64,000 nucleotides of DNA from Nanobdellota archaeon (GCA_038044525.1 JBBSZV010000033.1:7131-71130), one strand, 5' to 3'; shown: positions 28,301 to 36,617, counted from the first letter of the stretch. Notes: a model not told the origin generated them from the sequence alone. Program-made: numbers and translations.

Positions 28301-30848
28301 CGGTGATGCGAATATCAATAATCCTTGTAACGTCCATGATGATTGCACCGGCGGAGCGTTATGTCTTTCCGGCGTTTGTTCCGCGCCTCCGTCTAATAGT
28401 GTTGCGCTAAAAGGATCAACTGACACCACCACCGGTTTATTGCAGTGCGTATGCACATACGACGAAAAGCAAGTGAAACATTATCCCGGTGTCAGGACGG
28501 CTATGAAAGAGCAGAATGGCATCGCTGAAGAGTGGTCTTATCATCAGCAACAAGTATTCAAAGAATCAAATAATCGTTTCGGAACGTATTATCCGGAATG
28601 GAGATATTATGGCGGCCGGGACTTTTCGTCTGCTTTTGGAGCAGATTACCTTTTAGATTATTTCCAGTCGGATAAACAGGTGCATCAAGTCAGCCCCAAC
28701 ACGCAGTTCTTAGGCGCATATCAAACGGTCTGCTTATCGCGGGTAAGAGCGCATTTAATCACATTAAAAGCAATTCTGGAAGGACTGCGCAATTGCATTC
28801 AGGAAGCAAAATACACCGGCCTGCGCGATGCAGGAGTTTGTAAAACTATTTTCACCCAGCAGGTATGCGGTTTAGTCTACAAAGCGATCGCTTACTTTGT
28901 CAACCAATGCAGCCCCTTTGATTTCAATGACGAAAGCAAAGGAACATTAGGGGGCATCGGCGCAGTTACTGAAGCGACCTTCGGCTCTATCGGGGAAGCC
29001 ATGCAGTCGTCCATCGATGATGTGAAAAGCGATTATGGCAACGCGCAGTTGAATAATTATTTTGCTGCCGGCGCAGAAGGATTGACTCAGTCTATGTGCA
29101 TGGCTGCTTTCGGCTACGACTGGCCGTTGGGCGCAGATTTTATTCTTGATGCTGCTTATGCAGTTCCAGGAAAAACAACTGTGCATGTAATTCCCGCGCA
29201 CCGGGAATTGTCAACTTACGATCCTTCTTCTGGGAATGCCGTCTATAATTACGAAGTCGGCGCTTTGATATTGCCGGGCTGCAGGGTCAGAAGTTATAAT
29301 GTTTATCTGAAATGCGTCGGTCCGGAAGATTCCGGAAAACCGGGCGTGCAATGCGGCGAGCAGGGCTGCGACTGCTTGCATACGACAGAAGTGAACTCAT
29401 TATTGGAAGGGGATAAGAAACATTCCCTGGATGGCGGCAGAGGATTTGATCTTAAGCCGAACGGATTTTTCAGCGTTCCCATACCTTCTCCGCAGAAAGT
29501 AAACAAACCGTTCAGGTACGACCACGTCGTGGTAGAGCTGCAGCTGGACCAGTCTGAACAAGGAAATGAAGACAAATGTTACGATACCGGATACGAAGAC
29601 GGAAAATTCTATTTCCCGATCGTTGATGTATCGCCGCCGGGAACGGGAGTATGCCAGGTGCAGCCATTGACGGGAAAATATACTTGTCCTGAATTCATGA
29701 GTTTATTTGGCGGTGAAGAAGGAGCATACCTGCAGGATCCGTACATCAGCTGTTATGATGCCGATACGCGTTCCTGGATTCCGTGCATTACGCCGAATAT
29801 CTTTACCAAGGGCGAAGAGATAAAAGTGCGCGCGGAAGCGGTCAGCGACGGAAAAAAATATTGCGTGAAAATGAGCACTTCGGGATTACCTCAGCAGGAT
29901 GTGCAGTTCCGACAACTGCCAGTGGGCATCCCAGGAAATTTCCCGGTGGAAATGTCTTTAGGTTCAGTCACGCCGAATTTGTTTACTGGTGCAACAACGA
30001 CTATAGTATTAACCGGCGGAGACAAGAGCTGCGAATCTAAATTAAAACTGATAGATTTCCCGGCGGGAGACATCGATACTGCAAGTTTGAAATTTACTTA
30101 CCAGAAATTAGGCGATGATAGTTACAGGATATTTGTTCCAGAAGGAATTTCAATTTCATCTGAAGGCGGTTATAGTGCCAATGGAGCAACTTTAACCAAG
30201 AATGGAAAAGAAGAGCTCACTTCTGCTGAAATACGAGAAGCCGTATTTGACTATAAAGGGATGCGTTTCAGCAACGCTGTCGGCGCTCCGGGAAGCGGGG
30301 ACAGCTGTGAATACAGAGTCAGGGCGGCGGCAGGGGCGCAGTACGCGCAGAACGAAAAGACCATTTCCGTCACCGCAGAATTATTGCAGCCGGATGCGGT
30401 AGGTAATTGTTACAATGCAGAGATCCCGGTCAAGAGCCAGATAGGGTATTCGAGATACACGCAGCCTATTAATCTGCGGTTGGAACCTTTAGTATCGCAG
30501 GCAGCCAGTCAGATGTATCAGGATTTCATGCGTGAAAATTATGCAAAAGTTATCGGCAATGCGGAAAGCATCGTCAACCGCGGCATCTCCGATATCGAAG
30601 ATGCGACCGCATTATATTATCTGGTCGCGGCGAAAATCGCAGACAGCCAGAAAAGGAATGTGGACTGGAAGGTTTCTTTCCGGGAAGATATCTGCGATCT
30701 GATCGGCGTGTTTAAAACCAGAAAATCCGGCAGCATACCTCTCGGCCAATATCCTGACGAAGTCAGGAGCAGCGCAGAATACAAGAAGATAGAAGCATAT
30801 TTCGGCGAGATTGAAAAAGAAGCCCAATGCGGAGTTACGAATGTTTAA
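25398..30848 (+). CDS. 1816-aa surface protein: FN3-like and Ig-like repeats, then Cys-rich region
   Basis: Signal peptide. ISNV...ISWETDEPA.S.VDYG (FN3-like). DTTAPEI/DTSKPKL/DTKAPKV Ig-like linkers. Hydrophobic helix near aa 630. Very many Cys. Confidence 0.82.
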   Translation: MIGSQKKRCWRILVFIVLGLFLNLPIVSALEISNVRAEIISPTEAEISWETDEPAGSFVDYGLSEETLGRVGDASQVVEHIVALSDIAPQSTYYFQVQSGEVIDNNDGSLYSFNTLAPDTTAPEINVELPAAVQGNRIDFSGTTEFGATVNVFVNGPLLRVVAADAALPDDPSQGRFTITDLALDSNKDNLVKIEVIDLAGNDASMQVTVFSDTSKPKLDLVVLPEFVSEKNFILRGTISEESSYEIFIAEDSVAEGQGTALQAELSLEEGGNKIKIVITDKAGWVTEEEFNIISDTKAPKVEFDFAKGKEYYQGNAETDISGATEPGAEVYLFIFRPLTYEFTPTFNKAWEKVTADAQGRFTFEEVDLESPPISLEDLAPRQIPSGLNAETIFPIEQIQAAQKFTYHVYLVAEDKSGKTGYAKKLVNINTCYSADFDFDVQSLARFQAPLRLNPTLLDDGREEVTAVFNFSYRGKGISTQGQSAFQIQNVQFDKACTQGMLEDDSTKIGCNIFPQQPRLMPNADKTAWYITAPLFTTEKFSDKKEDFWDEFGRRQITFPLKIKITYRDNLGGGKMSDLKTQVSCYELGYFIDIPLESKNMIPDFLAEEGLDAIEFTIDKIDIVLPYLENAILVTGIAWVSSFIGKLAVRYARLVSSKLEAFFSKGKAKNEQCPGDQEKYYTKSEIQHWRELKARGLLEGEERLRKDWEDESQSIEELCPSTAGLWEAEKVIDQAYRWTGDRVLCRTVPAGWTSTKDKPEIDTVIAGQNQCTASSRGVPLLEIENCGKRIEENTNIANPNAKAARLVDEGEFTCYQSGDFLYYANQDSATTLQNGGSLVRLERVHDFGLSIQQAGLYAGAGDLIAYQPPGSDQYVIGQDKTCEQACKNPRKSGYRAYVEKGLRTVTADGQEGSFGCFQERVNEFGDINPVGVATQDNPNDPQGIGSRQFSAGYTRDCFIDYQKGGVTPGDANINNPCNVHDDCTGGALCLSGVCSAPPSNSVALKGSTDTTTGLLQCVCTYDEKQVKHYPGVRTAMKEQNGIAEEWSYHQQQVFKESNNRFGTYYPEWRYYGGRDFSSAFGADYLLDYFQSDKQVHQVSPNTQFLGAYQTVCLSRVRAHLITLKAILEGLRNCIQEAKYTGLRDAGVCKTIFTQQVCGLVYKAIAYFVNQCSPFDFNDESKGTLGGIGAVTEATFGSIGEAMQSSIDDVKSDYGNAQLNNYFAAGAEGLTQSMCMAAFGYDWPLGADFILDAAYAVPGKTTVHVIPAHRELSTYDPSSGNAVYNYEVGALILPGCRVRSYNVYLKCVGPEDSGKPGVQCGEQGCDCLHTTEVNSLLEGDKKHSLDGGRGFDLKPNGFFSVPIPSPQKVNKPFRYDHVVVELQLDQSEQGNEDKCYDTGYEDGKFYFPIVDVSPPGTGVCQVQPLTGKYTCPEFMSLFGGEEGAYLQDPYISCYDADTRSWIPCITPNIFTKGEEIKVRAEAVSDGKKYCVKMSTSGLPQQDVQFRQLPVGIPGNFPVEMSLGSVTPNLFTGATTTIVLTGGDKSCESKLKLIDFPAGDIDTASLKFTYQKLGDDSYRIFVPEGISISSEGGYSANGATLTKNGKEELTSAEIREAVFDYKGMRFSNAVGAPGSGDSCEYRVRAAAGAQYAQNEKTISVTAELLQPDAVGNCYNAEIPVKSQIGYSRYTQPINLRLEPLVSQAASQMYQDFMRENYAKVIGNAESIVNRGISDIEDATALYYLVAAKIADSQKRNVDWKVSFREDICDLIGVFKTRKSGSIPLGQYPDEVRSSAEYKKIEAYFGEIEKEAQCGVTNV

Positions 30849-31410
30849 ACGGGGAAAGATAGAGATGGAAATGTTTATCGTATTGATCACCATGGTCTTT
30901 ACCAGCGCGGTAATATTATTCTTAGTTTATAGCGGGACTATCGAAGTGAAAGAAGGCGCCTCTTCCGAGCCGGTATTGAACGCAGAATTCCTTCCGGCAG
31001 GAAGGGAAGGCGTCTTGGCGATAAAAGATTTTGATTTCTGCAGTTATGTGGATGAGAATCTTAATTGTTTGGCAGAGCAAGATGAATTTGGAAAAGCCGA
31101 AAATGTTTATGTGCGGTTCGTGGTCGAGAGCAGCGTTACCGGCGGGCAGGCGATACTGCTGCGAAATTATGAGATGCGTAATCCTTCTGGAGAAATAATA
31201 TTACGGGCAGAACAGAAAAATGCTTATAATTTTGAATTAAGCAGCACTAGAAGTACGGAAAATGTGGTCTTCGGAGAATATTTCGTCATCGGCGAGGATG
31301 CGGTTGCCGGAGAGTATACTTTGGATGTGATCATCGAAAATCCATTATTTGAAAAGAAGATAACTTTGACCAAGAGCTTTGAAGTGGTTGACTGGGAGGA
31401 GCAGCCATGA
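30841..31410 (+). CDS. Class III signal-peptide-like protein with C-terminal Ig-like domain
   Basis: MFKRG/KIEMEMFIVLITMVFTSAVILFLV, AGEYTLDVII. Overlaps both neighbours. Confidence 0.72.
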   Translation: MFKRGKIEMEMFIVLITMVFTSAVILFLVYSGTIEVKEGASSEPVLNAEFLPAGREGVLAIKDFDFCSYVDENLNCLAEQDEFGKAENVYVRFVVESSVTGGQAILLRNYEMRNPSGEIILRAEQKNAYNFELSSTRSTENVVFGEYFVIGEDAVAGEYTLDVIIENPLFEKKITLTKSFEVVDWEEQP

Positions 31411-33845
31411 AAGGAAAAATAATTTTTCTGATCGGTTTGATCTTGGTCAGCGCAGTCTTCGCCCAGCAGGTGCAGGTCGGGACGGTCGGGGTAAATCCTG
31501 TTGGTGTTTACGATGGATGCTCAGGAAAGAGAATAGGATTAGTTGGAGCTTCTAATACGGTGGATATGGACGCTCAGGGGAATAAAGTCCCTTCTTCGTG
31601 GAATAATGTTAACATTATCAAAGTGATGTGCCCTGGCGCTACAGTATTTCTTCATGCGAAAGGGGGAACTTGGCCTGGCGCGCAAGTATCTTTAGTCCAA
31701 GCAGCGATACAAAACGATAATCTTGATTATATGATTCTGGATCCTTCTGCTAATGGCCAGCAGGCTTCTTCAGGTATAACGTCTGAAGGATATAAGGCGG
31801 CAGCGATCAATTTAGCTCAGATAGTAAAAAATAAAAATAAAGATATTAAAGTTATAATGCTGACCAATACTCCGCTTAAAGGGGCTGGCGGCGGATATGG
31901 AACGCCAGAAACGGTGCAAAAAGTTAAGGCTTTCAATGCAGATCTCTTGAATAATAAACTGGGAAGACCTGATTTGATCGATTATGCAGTCGATACTTAT
32001 TCTGCAACTGAAGACCCTGCCGGAAGCGACAGCTGTGGAAAATATTGCGGCGGAGATAATCTTCATTTCGGCGAAGCGGGAAGAAAACAGGTCATGAAAG
32101 CGGTCATGGATATAGTGTTTGGAAATCCGACTGTCGCAACCGCCACAAGCAATGCGCCGGTTTCCCAATCTTTGGGAGCAGAGAATTGCCTGAACAAACA
32201 ACGCTGTGAGGAGATTGATGCGATATGGCTGAAGATCGTGGCCTGGATCAATAATGCGGCGCGGAAAGGGCGTGTTTTTGATACCGTTGACGGGTGGAGA
32301 AATCATCAGGAAGCCCGTCCAACTGTGGTGATAAACCCAACTATAATCAAACCCAGCGCCGTTTCTACTAATTTTTGTATTGCAACTATAGGAACCAACG
32401 AACAGAAAGCGCTGTTGGATACCATCGCCTGGGCCGAAGGAACAAAGGAAAAATATAATCTGATGTTCGGGGGAAAAGAATTTACAACGTATAGCTCGCA
32501 TCCAGTTGAAACCGGAGAGATGCCGGAAAAAGGTTTTCCTTGGCCCGGCGGCACATCCACCGCTGCAGGAAGGTACCAATTTTTATACAGAACTTATAAA
32601 GATCTCCGTGGCCGCGGATTCTTCCAAACGGGATTCTTACCTGCAGAACAAGATAAAGCCGGGTTATGGTTATTAGAGACTAAGCGCGGCCTTTCTCAAA
32701 ATGAATTAGCTATCGCCGTGAATTCAGGCAATCTTGCTCCCGTATGGGATAAATTAGCCGGGGAATGGGCGTCGTTGCCCTGCGATACAACTAATGTGAA
32801 AATAGGAGATAGAACTTATTGTTTGGCAAAAGGAAAAAGTTTTTATCCCGGCCAGACGGCAAGAAGTTATCAGGAACTGAAAACCGTCTATCAAACTTGT
32901 CTGCAGTACCACGCCACCGGAGGACTTTCCGGCGCAGCTTCTTCTCCAGCAGCTTCAGGAATTTCTAATGCGGCATCAGAAGCATTCGACTTTGTTTATG
33001 GCATCTGGGGGGGGGGCAGTTCTCCTGAAACCAAGCAAGGAAGCGTAGTCAGCTTCAAGAACAGCATCCTTGAACAGGCCTGTACTGCGGAAAGCTTAGT
33101 GTGCGTCATCCCTACTAAAAATGTGGGCAAGCGGGAAGCTGGCGGCATAGGCAATTGCCGTGCCGGAATGGTGCAGGTAGGGAATATCTGTGTAGACCAA
33201 TACGAAGCGATGCTGGCAAATAAAAATAATGGAGAAGTGTGGTCTCCCTATTGCGCTCCCGGAACAGAGATAAGCGAACTGCAGGCGGTTTCTATCAGCG
33301 GAGTTGTTCCCCAGGCGACCATCAATCAGCTGCAAGCCAAACAAGCGTGCGAAAATGCAGGGAAAAGATTGTGCACGGACGAAGAATGGTTATCAATCTG
33401 TCAGGGAGCAGAAGGAAGGACATATCCTTATGGCAATGTTTTACAGCAGGAAACGTGTAACGACCAGACCATTGCCAAGCCTTACGCGCACGTAACTGAT
33501 GCTACCGTAAAAGAATATTGTCCAAACCATCAAGAGTTTTATAAAAAACAGCCGGCCGGAGTAACTTACAACACCAATCCTTGGATGATCCACCCTAAAA
33601 ATAATCAGAATGCCGTTTCTTTGGAAGTAACCGGCAACAAGGCAGGATGTAAAACTCCTGAGCAGGTTTATGATTTAGTCGGAAATATTGCAGAATGGAC
33701 CGCCGATCCGGCAGGAACGTTCAGGGGGGGATATTTCCAACTAGCAGCAGGAACAAATAATGGCTGTTTGTACAAAACAACTTTTCATCCGGCATCTTAT
33801 ACCGATTACTCCATAGGTTTCCGCTGCTGCGCCGGCCTTTCTTAA
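31407..33845 (+). CDS. Secreted SGNH hydrolase + lambda-R-type (GH104-like) muramidase + FGE-sulfatase/C-type-lectin fusion
   Basis: Signal peptide. SGNH: VGASNT...DNLHF. Muramidase: KALLDTIAWAEGT, YNLMFGG, STAAGRYQFL, QDKAG, LAGEWASLP. FGE: DQYEA, GKRLCTDEEW, YPYG, YDLVGNIAEW, RGG, IGFRCC. Confidence 0.85.
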   Translation: MKGKIIFLIGLILVSAVFAQQVQVGTVGVNPVGVYDGCSGKRIGLVGASNTVDMDAQGNKVPSSWNNVNIIKVMCPGATVFLHAKGGTWPGAQVSLVQAAIQNDNLDYMILDPSANGQQASSGITSEGYKAAAINLAQIVKNKNKDIKVIMLTNTPLKGAGGGYGTPETVQKVKAFNADLLNNKLGRPDLIDYAVDTYSATEDPAGSDSCGKYCGGDNLHFGEAGRKQVMKAVMDIVFGNPTVATATSNAPVSQSLGAENCLNKQRCEEIDAIWLKIVAWINNAARKGRVFDTVDGWRNHQEARPTVVINPTIIKPSAVSTNFCIATIGTNEQKALLDTIAWAEGTKEKYNLMFGGKEFTTYSSHPVETGEMPEKGFPWPGGTSTAAGRYQFLYRTYKDLRGRGFFQTGFLPAEQDKAGLWLLETKRGLSQNELAIAVNSGNLAPVWDKLAGEWASLPCDTTNVKIGDRTYCLAKGKSFYPGQTARSYQELKTVYQTCLQYHATGGLSGAASSPAASGISNAASEAFDFVYGIWGGGSSPETKQGSVVSFKNSILEQACTAESLVCVIPTKNVGKREAGGIGNCRAGMVQVGNICVDQYEAMLANKNNGEVWSPYCAPGTEISELQAVSISGVVPQATINQLQAKQACENAGKRLCTDEEWLSICQGAEGRTYPYGNVLQQETCNDQTIAKPYAHVTDATVKEYCPNHQEFYKKQPAGVTYNTNPWMIHPKNNQNAVSLEVTGNKAGCKTPEQVYDLVGNIAEWTADPAGTFRGGYFQLAAGTNNGCLYKTTFHPASYTDYSIGFRCCAGLS
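33007..33016 (+). repeat. G10 homopolymer tract in the linker of the muramidase fusion
   Basis: TCTGGGGGGGGGGCAG, currently in frame (WGGG). Confidence 0.85.
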
Positions 33846-33890
33846 TATCTAAAGCATACTTTTTTAAAATTAGTTTTGTTTTAACCTTCC

Positions 33891-35780
33891 ATGAGCGTCG
33901 AATCATTCTTAGAGATCTGTAAACGGCAGTATGAGCCGCAGCATCTTTCCGTATTTAATGCAGCTTTGGCCTTTTCTCAAAAGCATCTCGGCGAAGTAAA
34001 ACGATTGGCAGGTGATTCCTTTTTTGACCATAATGTCCGGGCGGGAGAAATCTTGGCGGACAGCAAAGTGTCGCCGGAAGTGGTGGTCGCCGGTCTGCTG
34101 CATGGGATTTTAAAATATTCTTCTGAAAAAGAGGTCTTAAATATTTTCGGCAAAGAGATCCTGCTTTTGCTGAAAGGAGAAGAAGAAATCAAGGCGGTCA
34201 AATCAAAAAATCCTCTTCTGGAAGCCGAAGCCCTGCGGAGAATATTGCTTGCGACATTAAGAGACGTACGGGTTATTTTTGTTAAGCTCGCCGCTAAATT
34301 AGATAATCTTAGGGCCATCTCGGTGCTTCCCGAGGAAGACCAGAGACGCATCGCAGAAGAAGTAATGGAAGTATATGCGCCGCTGGCTAACAGATTGGGA
34401 TTGGAGAAAATAAAAAATCCTCTGGAAGATTTGGCGCTGCAGATCCTGAATCCGGAAAAATATCGCGAAATAACCGAATTCCTGGAAGAATCACGTGAGC
34501 AGCGGGAAGCGTTGATCAAAGAAATGATTCAATCGGTGAAAGAGTTGGCCGCGGGAAAAGTTGAGATCATCAAAATCAAAGGCCGTTCCAAGCACATCTA
34601 CAGCATCTACAAGAAGCTGGTGCAGCGCTGCGTGCCTTTAGCAGAACAATATGATTTGTCGGGCATCAGGGTAATTGTTCCGGAAGTAAATGATTGCTAT
34701 ACTCTCTTGGGACTCTTGCACGAGAAGCTCGAGTCCGCGGAAGGAAGATTAAAAGATTATATCGCCAACCCTAAACCTAACTTTTATCGTTCTCTTCACA
34801 CCGGAATTCTGTCGTCATCAGGAAAAATTGTGGAGATTCAGATTCGCACCCCGGAAATGGATGAGCTTGCTGAGGAAGGGCTGGCTGCGCACTGGCGGTA
34901 TAAGAAACTGAATTCCGATGAATTATTTGAAAAGAAAATTGCCTGGCTGAAAGGAGTTTTAGATATGCAGAAGGAAGAAAACCACGAATTTTTAGAGATG
35001 GCTAAAGTAGACGTGTTTGGGGATAATATCTATTGCTACACGCCAAAAGGCGACGTTAAAGAACTGCCTAAGGGAGCAAATATCCTTGATTTTGCTTATA
35101 TGATCCATGAAGAAGTCGGAAACCATGCGGTAGGAGCGCACGTGAACGGAAAATTCGTCTCTTTGAAACAGCAGCTTTCTTCCGGAGATGTAGTGGAGAT
35201 ACTTACCAACAAAAGCCAGCGCCCCCGACGCGACTGGCTGAAATTAGTCAAATCTGCGAATGCCAGAAATAAGATTCGGAAATCTCTTAAAGAATATGAT
35301 AAGCTTCCGGCTCTTCATTTTAAGCAGCTTAAACCGGTGGTGACAGAAGAGCAGGGCATTTTAGCAGAAGCGCCCGACTATGCCAGCGCAGTATGCGTAT
35401 TAGCTAAATGCTGCAATCCTCTGCCGGGAGAAGATATTGCCGGCTTAATCACTAAAAGAAGAGTCATTTCCGTCCACAGGATCGATTGCCGCGCGGCATT
35501 GAAAGAGCAGGAGCGCTGGGTGGCGGTGCAATGGAAAAATGGATTCAACCAAAAAATAAGATTTTATGCTGTAGCTGAGGAAAGGAGCGGCCTGTTGGCT
35601 GATCTTTTAAACGTCATAGCCAATACCGGTTTTGAGGTTAAGGAAGCAAAAGCAAAATTGTTAGACATAACCTTAGCGCAATGCTCTTTTTTAGTGATAC
35701 CAAAAGATTTGGAACATCTGAAAGAACTGGTAAGGCGGGCGCAGAAAGTAAGGGGGATAAAAAAGATGTATTTCGGATGA
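33891..35780 (+). CDS. Long RelA/SpoT homolog (degenerate HD, SYNTH, TGS, Cys-rich ZFD, ACT)
   Basis: YAPLANRLG, GRSKHIYSIYKK, YDLSGIRV, KDYIANPKPNFYRSLHT, VEIQIRT, AAHWRYK, YTPKGD..LDFAY, LAKCCNPLPGE. Confidence 0.93.
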   Translation: MSVESFLEICKRQYEPQHLSVFNAALAFSQKHLGEVKRLAGDSFFDHNVRAGEILADSKVSPEVVVAGLLHGILKYSSEKEVLNIFGKEILLLLKGEEEIKAVKSKNPLLEAEALRRILLATLRDVRVIFVKLAAKLDNLRAISVLPEEDQRRIAEEVMEVYAPLANRLGLEKIKNPLEDLALQILNPEKYREITEFLEESREQREALIKEMIQSVKELAAGKVEIIKIKGRSKHIYSIYKKLVQRCVPLAEQYDLSGIRVIVPEVNDCYTLLGLLHEKLESAEGRLKDYIANPKPNFYRSLHTGILSSSGKIVEIQIRTPEMDELAEEGLAAHWRYKKLNSDELFEKKIAWLKGVLDMQKEENHEFLEMAKVDVFGDNIYCYTPKGDVKELPKGANILDFAYMIHEEVGNHAVGAHVNGKFVSLKQQLSSGDVVEILTNKSQRPRRDWLKLVKSANARNKIRKSLKEYDKLPALHFKQLKPVVTEEQGILAEAPDYASAVCVLAKCCNPLPGEDIAGLITKRRVISVHRIDCRAALKEQERWVAVQWKNGFNQKIRFYAVAEERSGLLADLLNVIANTGFEVKEAKAKLLDITLAQCSFLVIPKDLEHLKELVRRAQKVRGIKKMYFG

Positions 35781-35854
35781 TCTTTGCAGAAAGTATCCGT
35801 AAAGTTTAAATATGTGTTAACACATAAATCCCTTATAATGGTCGGAGGTATAAA

Positions 35855-36073
35855 ATGACAAATATGACTCTATCAATACCTAAGGAACTGCACAGCGAAA
35901 TGGCGGCACATTCGGAAATCAGATGGAGCGATGTTGCCCGGCAAGCTTTTGAAAAGAAAGTAGAAGAGCTGCATTGGATGGACAAAGTTTTGGAAAAAAG
36001 CGCGCTTACTGAGAAGGATGCAGGAGAGATAGGTCATAAAATAAAGCATGAAATAAGAAAAAGGTTTTCTTAA
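35855..36073 (+). CDS. RHH-type antitoxin (VapB-like)
   Basis: MTNMTLSIPKELH...EIRWSDVARQA. Overlaps the PIN gene start. Confidence 0.75.
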   Translation: MTNMTLSIPKELHSEMAAHSEIRWSDVARQAFEKKVEELHWMDKVLEKSALTEKDAGEIGHKIKHEIRKRFS

Positions 36074-36486
36074 TGCGTTTGATAATCAATACCAATAGGA
36101 TTATAGCTGCGCTCATAAAAGATTCGGTCTCCAGAGAAATATTCCTTCATCTTGATGCCGAGTTAATAACCATTAATTTTTCGAACAAAGAAATCGATAA
36201 ATATAAGGCTCTTATCCTTAAAAAAGCAAGAATTACGGAACTGGAATTTAACATCCTCCTTGAAAAACTCAAACAAAAGCTAATTCTGCTTGATGACAGG
36301 ATTATTTTAGCTAAAATGGAAGAAGCAGGAAAAATTATGGATAGGATTGACCAAGATGATACGCCCTTTATCGCAGCAGCATTAGCAACCGGTTCAGATA
36401 TATGGTCTGATGATACCCATTTTGAGAAGCAAAAAAAAATTAAGGTTTGGAAGACGAAGGATTTAGCCGGATTAATGAAAAAATAA
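36073..36486 (+). CDS. PIN-domain (VapC-like) toxin
   Basis: LIINTNRIIAALIKDS, DQDDTPFIAAAL, IWSDDTHF. Confidence 0.85.
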   Translation: MRLIINTNRIIAALIKDSVSREIFLHLDAELITINFSNKEIDKYKALILKKARITELEFNILLEKLKQKLILLDDRIILAKMEEAGKIMDRIDQDDTPFIAAALATGSDIWSDDTHFEKQKKIKVWKTKDLAGLMKK

Positions 36487-36570
36487 AATCCAGATGGGCA
36501 ATATAAAATTAAATCCCAAGAGGAGTGAACTTAGATACAACGGCCATAATAAAGACAAATACTTTTTCAT
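36472..36570 (-). pseudogene. Possible N-terminal remnant of an MFS transporter
   Basis: MKKYLSLLWPLYLSSLLLGFNFILPIWILFFH* resembles an MFS TM1. It ends inside the 3' end of the convergent PIN gene. Confidence 0.3.
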
Positions 36571-36617
36571 TACGGACTAAATAATAGTTTAAATTATAAA
36601 TATAACCCCTACATGAA

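Noticed and set aside
31812..32579. 255-aa minus-strand ORF inside the muramidase gene
   Set aside because: Antisense to a motif-rich gene, with no start signals or motifs of its own.
31407..35780. Prophage lysis cassette as the explanation for the muramidase
   Set aside because: No holin, structural, terminase or integrase genes. The enzyme has a signal peptide and sits in a cellular surface operon.
33660..36600. Complete DGR cassette in this window
   Set aside because: No reverse transcriptase, Avd or template repeat seen. Only a possible remote target remains.
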